From the NCBI RefSeq assembly GCF_051860225.1, contig NZ_JBHYEI010000001.1, positions 1,174 through 65,173 on the forward strand: DNA of 64,000 nucleotides, in the 5' to 3' direction. Below the pieces are notes generated by a model, which ran no database searches, was not told the origin of the DNA, and worked only from the letters and a program-made list of their open reading frames with translations. The first letter of the stretch is position 1. The number at the start of each line of letters is the position of its first letter. Both the position numbers and the translations under genes were made by a program. Positions 32,096-42,519 of the stretch are shown one piece after another. Source of the stretch: Sediminibacterium sp. Its GTDB lineage: Bacteria; Bacteroidota; Bacteroidia; Chitinophagales; Chitinophagaceae.

Positions 32096-33289
32096 TTAAT
32101 TATTTATGTGACTAAATTCAAGAATCTTCTTAACTGTTTCGCTCCAATTGTATTTTGTCATAGCTTTTAATCTTGCTGACTTGCTCATACTTTTTAAAAC
32201 CGTTTTGTTATTCATAAACTCAATTAAAACTTTTGAAAGCTCAAGTTCATCATTTTCATGTAATAAATATCCATTAATATCATGATCAATAATTTCATCA
32301 GAAGCAACACTGTATTTTCCTGACATATTACTTATTGCAATGCAAGGTAAACCACATGCCATAGCCTCAATATATACACTTCCAAAACCTTCATACAAAG
32401 ATGGCAATACAAATACATCGTTTTTTATATACCATTCTTCTATAGACTCTTGTCTGCCTGCGAAAAAAATATAATCTTGCAATTTCTTTTCTAAAACTAA
32501 GCGTTTTAACTCATTTTCATAATTACCAGTTCCAAGAATAGTATATCGAATATTAAAACCTTGATTTACAATATGTGATACTGCTCCTATCACACATTGT
32601 ATATTTTTATCATACTCTAGTCTACATACTGAAATAATGCTAAAAAAAATTTCTTTATTCAAAACTTTTATAGCCAATGGCTTGAAACGATTTGAATCAA
32701 CGCCAGCAGGAACCACCAAATATTTATCTTCAAAATATTTTAACTTAAAATAGTTAATGGTTTCATTCATCCTAGCATGACTAAGAAATACGTTTTTGCA
32801 TAAATCAATTGCCTTACGTTCGTAATTGTATGCAAAAACTAAATACAACTTTGAAGATATAGCAATACCCAATTCCCTAATGCTTCTAGCTTGACTAATA
32901 CTTTCTAAAAGCCCTTTTTGACCATAAAAAGAAAATGGGGCCGCATTTATATAAACAACCTTTCCTTTACCAACAATTTTCGCTGCAGCATATGCCATTC
33001 TAAATGATCTTGTCCATATAATATCAAAATCGGATAACAATTCCTTTAATTGATTTCTAAGGTCCTGAATTTCGAAAAATATATCACTTATAGGATTTTT
33101 TTTAGACTCTTTTAATGTGATAATTTTTACTCCATTCGGCGCTGAATCAATAGGATTTTCCAGTTGCTTATTGATGAGTGTAACATCATTTCCAGATCTT
33201 ATAAGTTCCTCACTTGCATGGTAAATCCAAGCCTCTATTCCCCCTCTTGATCTACCTAAAATTTCATACAGAATTACTATTTTCGCCAT
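32096..33289 (-). CDS. GT4 family glycosyltransferase
   Basis: VPAGVD, SVCRLEYDKN, FVLPSLYEGFGSVYIEAMACGLP. Confidence 0.9.
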   Translation of the reverse strand: MAKIVILYEILGRSRGGIEAWIYHASEELIRSGNDVTLINKQLENPIDSAPNGVKIITLKESKKNPISDIFFEIQDLRNQLKELLSDFDIIWTRSFRMAYAAAKIVGKGKVVYINAAPFSFYGQKGLLESISQARSIRELGIAISSKLYLVFAYNYERKAIDLCKNVFLSHARMNETINYFKLKYFEDKYLVVPAGVDSNRFKPLAIKVLNKEIFFSIISVCRLEYDKNIQCVIGAVSHIVNQGFNIRYTILGTGNYENELKRLVLEKKLQDYIFFAGRQESIEEWYIKNDVFVLPSLYEGFGSVYIEAMACGLPCIAISNMSGKYSVASDEIIDHDINGYLLHENDELELSKVLIEFMNNKTVLKSMSKSARLKAMTKYNWSETVKKILEFSHINN

Positions 33290-34476
33290 AACAGCTTATA
33301 AATTTTATTAGTGAATTCTATTAATTTATATACAATTCGAATTCTAAAATTCGAAGCATGATTTTCCAATCCAGAAAAATCAGATAATTCCATTTTCGTA
33401 TAGCATTTTTCACAAATATTTATATATTCACCACTAATGACATTTTCCTTTATTGCTAATGCAACTGTGTTAAATACCCAAGCATCGCTTCTGACATAAT
33501 AATTTGAGTCTACTACTTTTCCATTTTCATCAACAATTGGATAAAAATACTCGCCTGTCCATGCATTTTCTAAAATCCAAGTTACAATCCGCTTTGCTCC
33601 TTCTATGTAATCTGATTTTCTTTTATTATCAAAAATAGATGCATATATAAATCCAGAGGCACATGAACAAAACCCCCATAAGTGAATAGGAGTATACGTA
33701 TTGAAATATGGAATTATTCCAGACTCATCTTGCTTTGAAAAAATATGTTCAGTAGCATCTAAAATTATTTGTTTTTGAAAAGGACTAGTCAATGATATCT
33801 CAGCTATAGAATGCATCTCTACTTGTTGCATTTGGTGGTAATAATCTATTTTATTTCTTTGTAAAATAGTTAAGTCATTTCTCATTTGATCTGAATAAAA
33901 CCAGAATTTGCCTTTATCTAATGAACTTGACGATAAAACACTGAATAAGTAATTGTTCATTCCATGATAGATTTCTTCAAGTTTATCATCTTTAAAAATA
34001 GATAAATACACACCTATTGCTCCAACAGCAAATGAAGTGCCATTATATACCATTACTTCTTTTGTACTATATGGACCATAAGGAATACTCCAATTACCAT
34101 CCCCCAGATTTAATGCATTAGATTTAATCCATTTAGCTGCTTTTTGCGCTGATATTTTTACTTCTTCACCTCCAAATATTTTATAATATTCAACTAATGC
34201 CAACATGGCCACCAACTCAGGTGAAGTGGACTCCCCTTTTTTATGGAACTTCCCAAAATTGAAATCATAACCAATATCAAAACCTCCATCTGGCCTTTGA
34301 ATTTGAACTAATAATTTAACTAACTGATTGGCCCTTTTTTCCCACTTCTTGTCATTGTTATGTTGATACAATCGAATAGTACCTAATAAAGATTGGTATA
34401 ATGTCTGGCTACACATATTTACTTTAGTTGGAAAAAGTAAATATTTATAAATGAATTGAACAGCTTTTTTAATCAT
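33277..34476 (-). CDS. Hypothetical protein, probable (alpha/alpha) toroid fold
   Basis: Helical repeats with QRPDGGF, QDESGIIPY and KAAKWI-type motifs. Start set at ATG 34476. Function unknown. Confidence 0.55.
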   Translation of the reverse strand: MIKKAVQFIYKYLLFPTKVNMCSQTLYQSLLGTIRLYQHNNDKKWEKRANQLVKLLVQIQRPDGGFDIGYDFNFGKFHKKGESTSPELVAMLALVEYYKIFGGEEVKISAQKAAKWIKSNALNLGDGNWSIPYGPYSTKEVMVYNGTSFAVGAIGVYLSIFKDDKLEEIYHGMNNYLFSVLSSSSLDKGKFWFYSDQMRNDLTILQRNKIDYYHQMQQVEMHSIAEISLTSPFQKQIILDATEHIFSKQDESGIIPYFNTYTPIHLWGFCSCASGFIYASIFDNKRKSDYIEGAKRIVTWILENAWTGEYFYPIVDENGKVVDSNYYVRSDAWVFNTVALAIKENVISGEYINICEKCYTKMELSDFSGLENHASNFRIRIVYKLIEFTNKIYKLLWRK

Positions 34477-35038
34477 TACTACTCCCAATTAATTTTGCAG
34501 GAATTCCCCCAATTATTGAAAAAGATCCAAATTTTTTGGTTACAACAGCCCCAGCTGCAACCAAAGAACCTTCACCAATGGTAACTCCAGCTGTTATGAT
34601 AACATTTGATGCAATCCAAGTACCTCTTCCTATTATAATTTTTGATCCGACTCCAGGTCCAAATCGAAAACTGTTATTCTTCATTGTGTGATTGCTGCTA
34701 ACCATTTTAACAAATGGTCCAAACATAACTTCGTCTTCAAGAATAATACCACCTCTTATTCCACTAATCCAACAGCCGTGCCCTATATATACATCATTAC
34801 CAACTTCAATTTCACTTAGATGTTCAAGCTTTGCATTCATGCCTACTTGAAAATTTTTTCCACATTTTTTCAAAAACGGTCGATAAATTAATCCTCTAAT
34901 TTTACACCCTCTAGAGTCTTCTGGAAAAATTTGACCAATCAACTCAATTATTCGAAATAAAAATCTCCCCAAAAATTTAATCTCAAAGATTAAAACAGAA
35001 GCCACTATTCCAATAATTTTTTTTAAAAAAAGACGCAT
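34469..35038 (-). CDS. Hexapeptide-repeat O-acyltransferase
   Basis: CGKNFQVG, EVGNDVYIG, WIASNVIITAGVTIGEGSLVAAGAVV, GGIPAK. Confidence 0.88.
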   Translation of the reverse strand: MRLFLKKIIGIVASVLIFEIKFLGRFLFRIIELIGQIFPEDSRGCKIRGLIYRPFLKKCGKNFQVGMNAKLEHLSEIEVGNDVYIGHGCWISGIRGGIILEDEVMFGPFVKMVSSNHTMKNNSFRFGPGVGSKIIIGRGTWIASNVIITAGVTIGEGSLVAAGAVVTKKFGSFSIIGGIPAKLIGSSND

Positions 35039-35040
35039 AC

Positions 35041-36579
35041 CTATTTTATTTTCTTTAATAGAAATGAAATTTGACCTTTAAAAAGGCGAATTAAAACTAA
35101 GGACTTTGCTGATTTTTTAAACAAAATAAAATTAAAAACCAATTGAAGTAAAATGATACCTAGCACCAAAATAAATGAAACACCAAATAGTTCAATCCAA
35201 TTATCAATGATATAATTACTTAAAATTGAATTGCAAATAAAATAGTATGCAAAGGATAAAAATACAGGAAGAATTGTTGTTTCAAAAGAAACACGAGAAA
35301 TGTTCAAGTCTTTAAATACTTTCTTTCCAACATAAAGACAAAGAAAACTACCTACCCAAGAAAATAATAGAATTCTAATCCCTGATCCATTTATTCCGAA
35401 CTTATAGACTAAAAATGCTGTAGCTATAGTCGAAAATAATGTAAGAGATGAAATGATTTTTGTTAACCATTTAACTCTTCCTGTCCCTTTTAGCAAAGCA
35501 AAATATGCAGATGTTCCTCCATTAAATGCAACCCCAAAACTAAATAACGTTGCAAAGGTTGAGCTATTTTCTGCAAACTCACGAGATAGCCAAAGAGAAA
35601 GAAATGAAGGAATCACAATCGCTAAAGGAACAAAAATAATTATAGACAGTATTGTTAATACCCATAAACTTGTAACATAAAGTTCTTGCATCTCTAACCC
35701 TTCTTCCATTGAACTAAAGCGAGGGAATAAGGCTTGACCAGCAGCACCTGTTAAACTTTGGGCCTTTGTTATTAAATCTTTAGGCGCATTTAAATAAGCG
35801 ACACTTGATGCACTGAAAAATAATGCTAAAATCAATTGATCAATATAATTCGATGCACGTTGTATCAATTCATTAATAAATGAAAAAATACCGTAACCAA
35901 AAACCTCTTTTATTCCATCCTTATTAAAATTGGGGGTTAGGATCAAAGCCGGTAATAATTTTTTGGACAACGACCCGTAAACTAAAATATCGACAAATGC
36001 GCTTGATAAAGTCAGTATTGTTAAACCTATAATTCCTCCTCCTAAAATTGCAATCAAGTACATCCCTGTGTACCTAAAAACCATCATTATCAAGTTATAT
36101 TTACTTAAAATGTCATAACGTTGTAAGGCCTCAGGAATAGTTTTAAAAGCGGTACTAAAAATGCTTACGAAAAATGTGATCCCCGCAATACGCAAAGCAA
36201 AAATTGCATTATCAATATTCGCTAAACTAAGCTTAAACCAACTTATTATAATAGATGAGAAAATAACAATTAAACCACTAATTAAAATGCCTGAAAATAT
36301 ATATACAGACAGAGTTGCTCCGAAAACTTTATTTACTCCAGCAATATCTTTTTTTGCAAAATAATATGAAACGTATTTTAAAGTGGCCTCACCTAATCCT
36401 AAACTCTGAAGTTGTGCAAAGCCTCCAATCATTAAAATTATTGTATAAATACCAAAATTTTCAGTTCCTATTTTATTAAGAATAAGTGGAACTAAAACGA
36501 ATCCAGCTAAAGCAGTAAATGAAACTGTAATTATATTCCATATTGCATTAGTAAATAGACTTTTAGGTTTATTTGCCAT
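35041..36579 (-). CDS. wzx: Wzx flippase
   Basis: About 12-14 TM segments; NAIWN, LGLGEATLKY, FGYGIFSF, FPRFS. Confidence 0.85.
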   Translation of the reverse strand: MANKPKSLFTNAIWNIITVSFTALAGFVLVPLILNKIGTENFGIYTIILMIGGFAQLQSLGLGEATLKYVSYYFAKKDIAGVNKVFGATLSVYIFSGILISGLIVIFSSIIISWFKLSLANIDNAIFALRIAGITFFVSIFSTAFKTIPEALQRYDILSKYNLIMMVFRYTGMYLIAILGGGIIGLTILTLSSAFVDILVYGSLSKKLLPALILTPNFNKDGIKEVFGYGIFSFINELIQRASNYIDQLILALFFSASSVAYLNAPKDLITKAQSLTGAAGQALFPRFSSMEEGLEMQELYVTSLWVLTILSIIIFVPLAIVIPSFLSLWLSREFAENSSTFATLFSFGVAFNGGTSAYFALLKGTGRVKWLTKIISSLTLFSTIATAFLVYKFGINGSGIRILLFSWVGSFLCLYVGKKVFKDLNISRVSFETTILPVFLSFAYYFICNSILSNYIIDNWIELFGVSFILVLGIILLQLVFNFILFKKSAKSLVLIRLFKGQISFLLKKIK

Positions 36580-36681
36580 TTTGGTTAATTCATTTCTAAC
36601 TTTACAATCTTAATCATTAAGAACTTTAATTTTAGTATTACTTATCGAACTTCAGCATCAAATGTGTTAAGAAAAAGTATT

Positions 36682-37974
36682 TTAAAGTCTTGAATCAACT
36701 AAATTTCTGTCTAAAAATGATTTGGTATCAAAAATTACTGCATTTTCATCTGAGCATAAATTTTTGATATCTAGTGCAAGAAATTCTTTGTGTGAAACTG
36801 CCAACACAATTGCTTGGTAAGTTTCACTAATATCATTGATTAAACGAATACCATATTCCTCTTCTACTTCGTGTTTATCTGCATGAGGATCAAAAACATC
36901 CACAACTAATCCAAATTGGTCTAGTTCCTTATAAATATCAATCACTTTTGAATTTCTAATATCAGGACAATCTTCTTTAAAGGTAATTCCTAAGATTAAT
37001 GCCTTTGCACCACTGACTCTTTGCCCCTTTTTGATTAGTAATTTCACAACTTTATTGGCAACAAACATCCCCATATTATCGTTAACCCTTCTGCCACTTA
37101 AAATAACTTGTGGGTGATACCCAAGGCTTTCTGCCTTATGTGCTAAATAGTATGGATCTACTCCGATGCAATGCCCCCCTACTAACCCAGGTCTATATTT
37201 AAGGAAATTCCATTTGGTGCCAGCAGCTTCAATAACATCGGTTGTATCAATCCCCATTTTATCGAAAATTAATGCCAGCTCATTCACAAAAGAAATATTT
37301 ACATCACGTTGAGCGTTTTCTATTGCTTTTGAAGCCTCAGCCACTTTAATACTCGGTGCTTTATGAGTTCCAGCAGTAATGATACTTGAGTATAAATTAT
37401 CTACCACATCTGCAATTTCAGGTGTAGAACCAGAAGTAACTTTTTTGATTTTGGTTAGGGTATTTACCTTATCTCCCGGATTAATTCTTTCTGGAGAATA
37501 CCCGCAATAAAACCCTTCATTGAACTTTAAACCAGAAAATCTCTCTAGAATGGGAACGCAATCTTCTTCTGTACATCCAGGATATACTGTTGACTCATAA
37601 ATTACAATATCACCCTCTTTCAAAATTTTACCTAACATTTCAGATGCTTTTTCAAGCGGCTTCAAATCAGGTGCTTTAAACTGATCAATAGGAGTAGGAA
37701 CAGTTACAATAAAAACGTTATAATCTTTTAATGCAGTCACATCATCAGAAAATGTAAGGCCAATTAAGTTATTCGATTTTGCGATAGAAATTGTCAGATT
37801 TAAATCGTCTAAACTAGCTTCTTTTGTTCTGTCCTTGCCGTTTGACAACTCATTTATCCTATCACGATTAATATCAAACCCTAGGACTCTGTATTTTTTT
37901 GAAAACTCAATTGCAAGAGGCAGACCTACATAACCTAATCCAATTATAGCAATTTTTTTGTTCGTTAGTACCAT
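36682..37974 (-). CDS. UDP-N-acetylhexosamine 6-dehydrogenase (WbpO/TviB/CapL-like)
   Basis: IIGLGYVGLPLA, ESTVYPG, YSPERINPGD, AEASKAIENAQRDVNI, GGHCIGVDPYYL. Start set at ATG 37974. Confidence 0.93.
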   Translation of the reverse strand: MVLTNKKIAIIGLGYVGLPLAIEFSKKYRVLGFDINRDRINELSNGKDRTKEASLDDLNLTISIAKSNNLIGLTFSDDVTALKDYNVFIVTVPTPIDQFKAPDLKPLEKASEMLGKILKEGDIVIYESTVYPGCTEEDCVPILERFSGLKFNEGFYCGYSPERINPGDKVNTLTKIKKVTSGSTPEIADVVDNLYSSIITAGTHKAPSIKVAEASKAIENAQRDVNISFVNELALIFDKMGIDTTDVIEAAGTKWNFLKYRPGLVGGHCIGVDPYYLAHKAESLGYHPQVILSGRRVNDNMGMFVANKVVKLLIKKGQRVSGAKALILGITFKEDCPDIRNSKVIDIYKELDQFGLVVDVFDPHADKHEVEEEYGIRLINDISETYQAIVLAVSHKEFLALDIKNLCSDENAVIFDTKSFLDRNLVDSRL

Positions 37975-38514
37975 TAATTTATTTTGAATAGCTCCGCTTA
38001 TCTCAGTCACAGAAAATACAGAGTTAAGCATTTAAATATTAAAAAAAATAAAAATATAATTCGATTAACAATATCAGAAGAATGGGGGGGGGTAATAATT
38101 CTTCATGGATACAAATATAACTAAGAGTGATAACTTAAAATAAAATTAATTTCAACAAATAATCCCATTAAATCAGAGTGTTCTTACTGTATTTATTAGA
38201 TAAAGTTACAATTAATCTACTTGGTTTATTTTCTTCTACTTTGTCATATTTTCTGAATTTTATTTTTTTGAAGTAACGAGAGTCGAAGCACGAAAATTGG
38301 CACGATTGGTTTCGACTTAATTCTATGAATATTAATTTTTTTGAAAAAAAACATCTTTTAATAATGTTTTGTTTGGATAAGCCTGATTTCCTGTAATAAA
38401 TTTAATATTTGCTAGGCGAAAACAAAATATTTTCGGTAAAAAATTATGCCAAAAGTAATAATCAGAAAACCATATAGCAGCTGTAAAGAAAAATGAATTG
38501 CCTATTTATAAGTT

Positions 38515-39591
38515 TTATAATTGCTCAAGAAGCCAATTCCTTCCATAAAGAAATCCAAACCCTAAAATAATTCCTATAACAAAACCTATAAATAGAAATA
38601 TAATTTTGCTTTTAATTTTTGGTTTAATAGGAGAAAAAGGATATTCAATTACCTCAAGACCAACAACAGTTGATTCATTCAAAAATCTAAATGTCTCTAA
38701 ATTTTTCTGGGCTTCTCCGTACATTATAGTTAACATTTGCTCTTTCATCATCAATTTTTTTTGATCAACTCTATCTTCTTGCATCAACAACCCTAATGTC
38801 CTATCATTAGTTCTAGCCAATGAATTTTGAACTCCATTTAATTCAGATTTTATACTATCAAGTTTATTTGATAATATATTAACATTTTTACTACTTATTG
38901 AAACAGATTGGTTGTACATGAACTGCTCCAATTCGTTATAAATTAATTTGCTAAATTCAATTGAGAAGGATTCATCCTTCGTATTTATACTTAGTTCAAA
39001 AACGCCACTTTTTTTATCAAAGGATTTAAATAGAATTTTGGACTTTTCTCCAATTAACATATTTAATATTAACTTATACGCTTTTCTATGCCGAAAGTCA
39101 AAATCTTCCAGCCTTGTTTGGTTTTTATTAAACAATATGTCATTAAGCAGTGTATCCTTTTTCCAATTCTTATGTAATTCTTGAATTCTAATAAAGTGAT
39201 TTACAGCCAGATCTGCATTGTTATCAACTGTAATAAACTCTAATAATGCAGCCCCAACTATTCTTTCTGATCCAATTATTGCTAAAGTTCTATCCATAGG
39301 AGAAACAGTATTAGAGCCTCCCCCAATTAATGAGCCTAAATTACCTAAAGAACTTAATAAAGCTGAAGTTCCACCTGATTCTTTCATTAAAAACTTCACT
39401 CTTGCAGAATAAATAGAAGTAGCATTATATGCAATAAAAAAACCTATTAATCCTCCAGTAATACCAAAGATAAATAGCTTTAAGAATTTAGTCTTAATAA
39501 AAAGAATTACATCATTTATTTTATCAATAAGGTCTTTAAAACTCTTGTCACTCTCATGTTTTTTAAGGAAATCATTTTTTGTATAATCCAT
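38515..39591 (-). CDS. Wzz-like chain-length determinant
   Basis: N- and C-terminal TM helices flanking a coiled coil; PFSPIKP before the last TM. Confidence 0.78.
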   Translation of the reverse strand: MDYTKNDFLKKHESDKSFKDLIDKINDVILFIKTKFLKLFIFGITGGLIGFFIAYNATSIYSARVKFLMKESGGTSALLSSLGNLGSLIGGGSNTVSPMDRTLAIIGSERIVGAALLEFITVDNNADLAVNHFIRIQELHKNWKKDTLLNDILFNKNQTRLEDFDFRHRKAYKLILNMLIGEKSKILFKSFDKKSGVFELSINTKDESFSIEFSKLIYNELEQFMYNQSVSISSKNVNILSNKLDSIKSELNGVQNSLARTNDRTLGLLMQEDRVDQKKLMMKEQMLTIMYGEAQKNLETFRFLNESTVVGLEVIEYPFSPIKPKIKSKIIFLFIGFVIGIILGFGFLYGRNWLLEQL

Positions 39592-39602
39592 AAAAGATCT
39601 TA

Positions 39603-42305
39603 TTATCTAGTTGCTGCTAATATTAATCCCAACGCACTTCCAAATGCTAATAATTTTGTCATAAACTTATCCCAATCTACCTGCTTTGCTTCTTTTCGCT
39701 CAGGTTTTGGTGGCTTCATTGCTGTTACCATAATACGATCTCCATATAAAACACTGGGATATTTTTTAAAGAATAAGAACCGGTTGGTTTTTTTAATCAA
39801 CCCATTTTCACGCACTACCAATACAGAAGACCGTTCTGCATCCCGTTTAAATCCTCCTGCAAAATTTTTGATATACCATCTAGCAGAATAATTTCCTTGG
39901 TAGTTTACTTGTAATAGTTTTTGGTTTTCGCCTAGTATATATCGAGTCCCCATCGTTTCAATCTTCACAATATTATTCAAACGAGGGACAGTGATTAAAT
40001 CTCCTGGCAACAGGATAGGATCTTTTGCGGTATTACCCTTATTATCCAATGCATCTGCTGCATTAAACACAACCAAACCAGAATTATCAACATATCTAAT
40101 TAAACTAATATTGGCGATATCTGCAAATTGATTAAAGCCCTCGGCTTGTGATATCAATTCAGAAAATTGGAACCTCTTAGACGTCATGCTATAAACACCT
40201 GGTGTTTTAACTTCCCCATTAATGGTTACAAAATCTTGTAACTGAAATTCAGGTATTCTTCTTACCACTACATAGTCTAATGGTTGTAATTCAAATTGAG
40301 CACCACTGATTACATTGAACTCTGGATCAATCGTTAAAGATAATACTTGCTTATCAGGTGCTCTTTCTTTGTTAAAACGTAACCTAAAAATGTCTACCCT
40401 ATTTAAATTTGAACCTAGCGTAACACCACCCGCTAATTTAATCAGGTCTTTTATTTTCAGCGTACTATCATAACGAATACTAATCGGGTTATTAACTTCA
40501 CCCGCAATGCTTACATTGAATTCGCGCTTGTAAGTATCCTTATTTAATACTACCAAACGATCTCCTGGTTTTAATTTATAGCCCGCTTCATCATTTAAGC
40601 TCACAGGGATATATTCTGTTTTCTTGGCATTGAATGGGTCTGTTCTATAAACATAAGCATTGAACGAAGCAGCAGGTTTTAATTCTCCCGCTAATCCCAA
40701 AGCTTCTTTAATGCTTATGCTTTGATCGTATCTGAAAGGTCTTTCAAATGGATTTCTAACTTCTCCAACAACTGCAATATTGAATAAGTCGGTATAACGC
40801 GCCTGATCGTAAATTATGACTTCGTCTTTTTTCTGCAAAGCAATATCCGCTGATTTACCCGCTAATATGGCTTCTGCATTTAGGCTAAGAATTTGAACAC
40901 TTTGATCCAGGTTTTTACGAATCAAAAAGATCGGATCTAACTTGGCTTCTGGCTTTAATTTAGCTTTCTTTAATAAAGCAGATAACATTTTTGTAGTGCC
41001 TAATTCATAATTACCAGCATAATCAATGGAACCTTCAATGCTAACAAATTCAGATAAAGGGGTATTGATGGCTTTGAATCGAACAATATCGCCTCTTTTC
41101 AATTCTACATTGATTCGCTTTTTTAAGATATCCTCTAAGGAATAATCCTTAATTACCACTGCATTATTCTCGAAGCGTTCTATTTGTACAAATTCGGTAT
41201 ACACATTCGATTGCAAGCCTCCTGCAAAAGAAATCAACTCTGGTATACCTTCATTGTCAATCAATTCATAACGCATAGGTCTATTTACCGCACCTTGTAG
41301 GGTAACAATTTTCTCTGCTGGTGGCACATAAATAATATCGTTGTTCTGCAAATAAAAGTCGAATTGTAAAATGGGATTACGCATAAATGCATATACGTCC
41401 AAAATCTTCTTTACGCTTCCTCGCATTATTTGAATCTTACGGACACTTCCGTTATTAGTGGGTCCTCCTGCTACGGCCAATGCATTAAGTGCAGTATTGA
41501 GCGCAGATGTGGTATATGATCCCGAACGGTCAACTTCTCCGAATATATTCAGGTTAAGGGTTCTAGAAGTATTTAAAGTAAGGGCAAACTGGTCTTTGTT
41601 AAAAACGTAGAAAGAAGAAAAACGATTCACCAATAATTCTCTGGCACTTTTTAAGGTTAAGCCCGATAAGAATATCTTGGGCATTTGGGCTGGCTGGATA
41701 TATCCGTTCTCATTAATCTCATACTGTAAATCGGCCTGTGATTTACCAAAAATGATGATATTAATTTTATCACCAGGTGCCAAAATATATAAATCGGGAG
41801 GGCTCGCGTCTTTTGAAATACGATAAGCTTGTAAGGTATTGTCTTTGAATATATGGTGTCCGTAAATGCTATTGGGAGATTTGGGCTCTTCTTTTACAGG
41901 TACAATTGGGGCCATTTCAGCAGCTTGCTTGGCTTTGGCAACTTGCTCATCATTGGTTTCTACTGGTTTTGCAACCACAGTATTAGTAGTTGATGTAGCA
42001 GGGGCAGTGTTTGCAGTACCTGCACCAGTTACTTTTTGTTTCTTCTCTTGCTCCATTTCATTGATGATGGCTTCAATGGTCGGGCGTTGGCCAATGATTT
42101 CCTGGTCCGACATTTTATCTACATCAATATTGCGTGTTCTCAAACGTGCTTTCACTTCATCTTCGGTAAGACCCTTGGCTGATAAAATAGCCCTGATTTG
42201 GTTCATTACCTGTGGATTGTTTCTGGCATCCTGAGAAAATACAGGATTTGCCTGGAAAGAAAACAGTACAATAAAAAGAAAAAAATAATTAAAACACCTT
42301 CTCAT
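39603..42305 (-). CDS. Polysaccharide export protein, Wza/KpsD-like with SLBB repeats (second paralog)
   Basis: IYGHHIF, YILAPGDKI, GEVDRSGSY, ALAVAGGP, many SLBB units. Confidence 0.88.
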   Translation of the reverse strand: MRRCFNYFFLFIVLFSFQANPVFSQDARNNPQVMNQIRAILSAKGLTEDEVKARLRTRNIDVDKMSDQEIIGQRPTIEAIINEMEQEKKQKVTGAGTANTAPATSTTNTVVAKPVETNDEQVAKAKQAAEMAPIVPVKEEPKSPNSIYGHHIFKDNTLQAYRISKDASPPDLYILAPGDKINIIIFGKSQADLQYEINENGYIQPAQMPKIFLSGLTLKSARELLVNRFSSFYVFNKDQFALTLNTSRTLNLNIFGEVDRSGSYTTSALNTALNALAVAGGPTNNGSVRKIQIMRGSVKKILDVYAFMRNPILQFDFYLQNNDIIYVPPAEKIVTLQGAVNRPMRYELIDNEGIPELISFAGGLQSNVYTEFVQIERFENNAVVIKDYSLEDILKKRINVELKRGDIVRFKAINTPLSEFVSIEGSIDYAGNYELGTTKMLSALLKKAKLKPEAKLDPIFLIRKNLDQSVQILSLNAEAILAGKSADIALQKKDEVIIYDQARYTDLFNIAVVGEVRNPFERPFRYDQSISIKEALGLAGELKPAASFNAYVYRTDPFNAKKTEYIPVSLNDEAGYKLKPGDRLVVLNKDTYKREFNVSIAGEVNNPISIRYDSTLKIKDLIKLAGGVTLGSNLNRVDIFRLRFNKERAPDKQVLSLTIDPEFNVISGAQFELQPLDYVVVRRIPEFQLQDFVTINGEVKTPGVYSMTSKRFQFSELISQAEGFNQFADIANISLIRYVDNSGLVVFNAADALDNKGNTAKDPILLPGDLITVPRLNNIVKIETMGTRYILGENQKLLQVNYQGNYSARWYIKNFAGGFKRDAERSSVLVVRENGLIKKTNRFLFFKKYPSVLYGDRIMVTAMKPPKPERKEAKQVDWDKFMTKLLAFGSALGLILAATR

Positions 42306-42386
42306 ATAATCGATTAAATACTATGTTTATTATTCCATTTTGGAATAAAAATAACGTTATTGTTTAGAAATCATGGGGGATTGCCG

Positions 42387-42394
42387 CAAATGTA
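42387..42394 (-). promoter_or_regulatory. Bacteroidetes -7 element (TACATTTG) for the right-hand polysaccharide operon
   Basis: TAnnTTTG about 80 nt upstream of the ATG at 42305. Confidence 0.55.
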
Positions 42395-42519
42395 AGGCTA
42401 AATTAGTAAAATTAGTGATTTCTCCTTATCATTGCATAGCAGTTCCCCCTGCAATGCATAAAAAGACTGAATGGCATAATTTCTACGCTAAAAATTCGTT
42501 TTCCTTTTAATTTGATTGT

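Noticed and set aside
42366-42451. Invertible promoter for the polysaccharide operon
   Set aside because: Only an 8-bp IR (AGAAATCA/TGATTTCT) and a 10/13 imperfect IR flank the -7 element. That is expected by chance in AT-rich DNA, and no invertase is in view.
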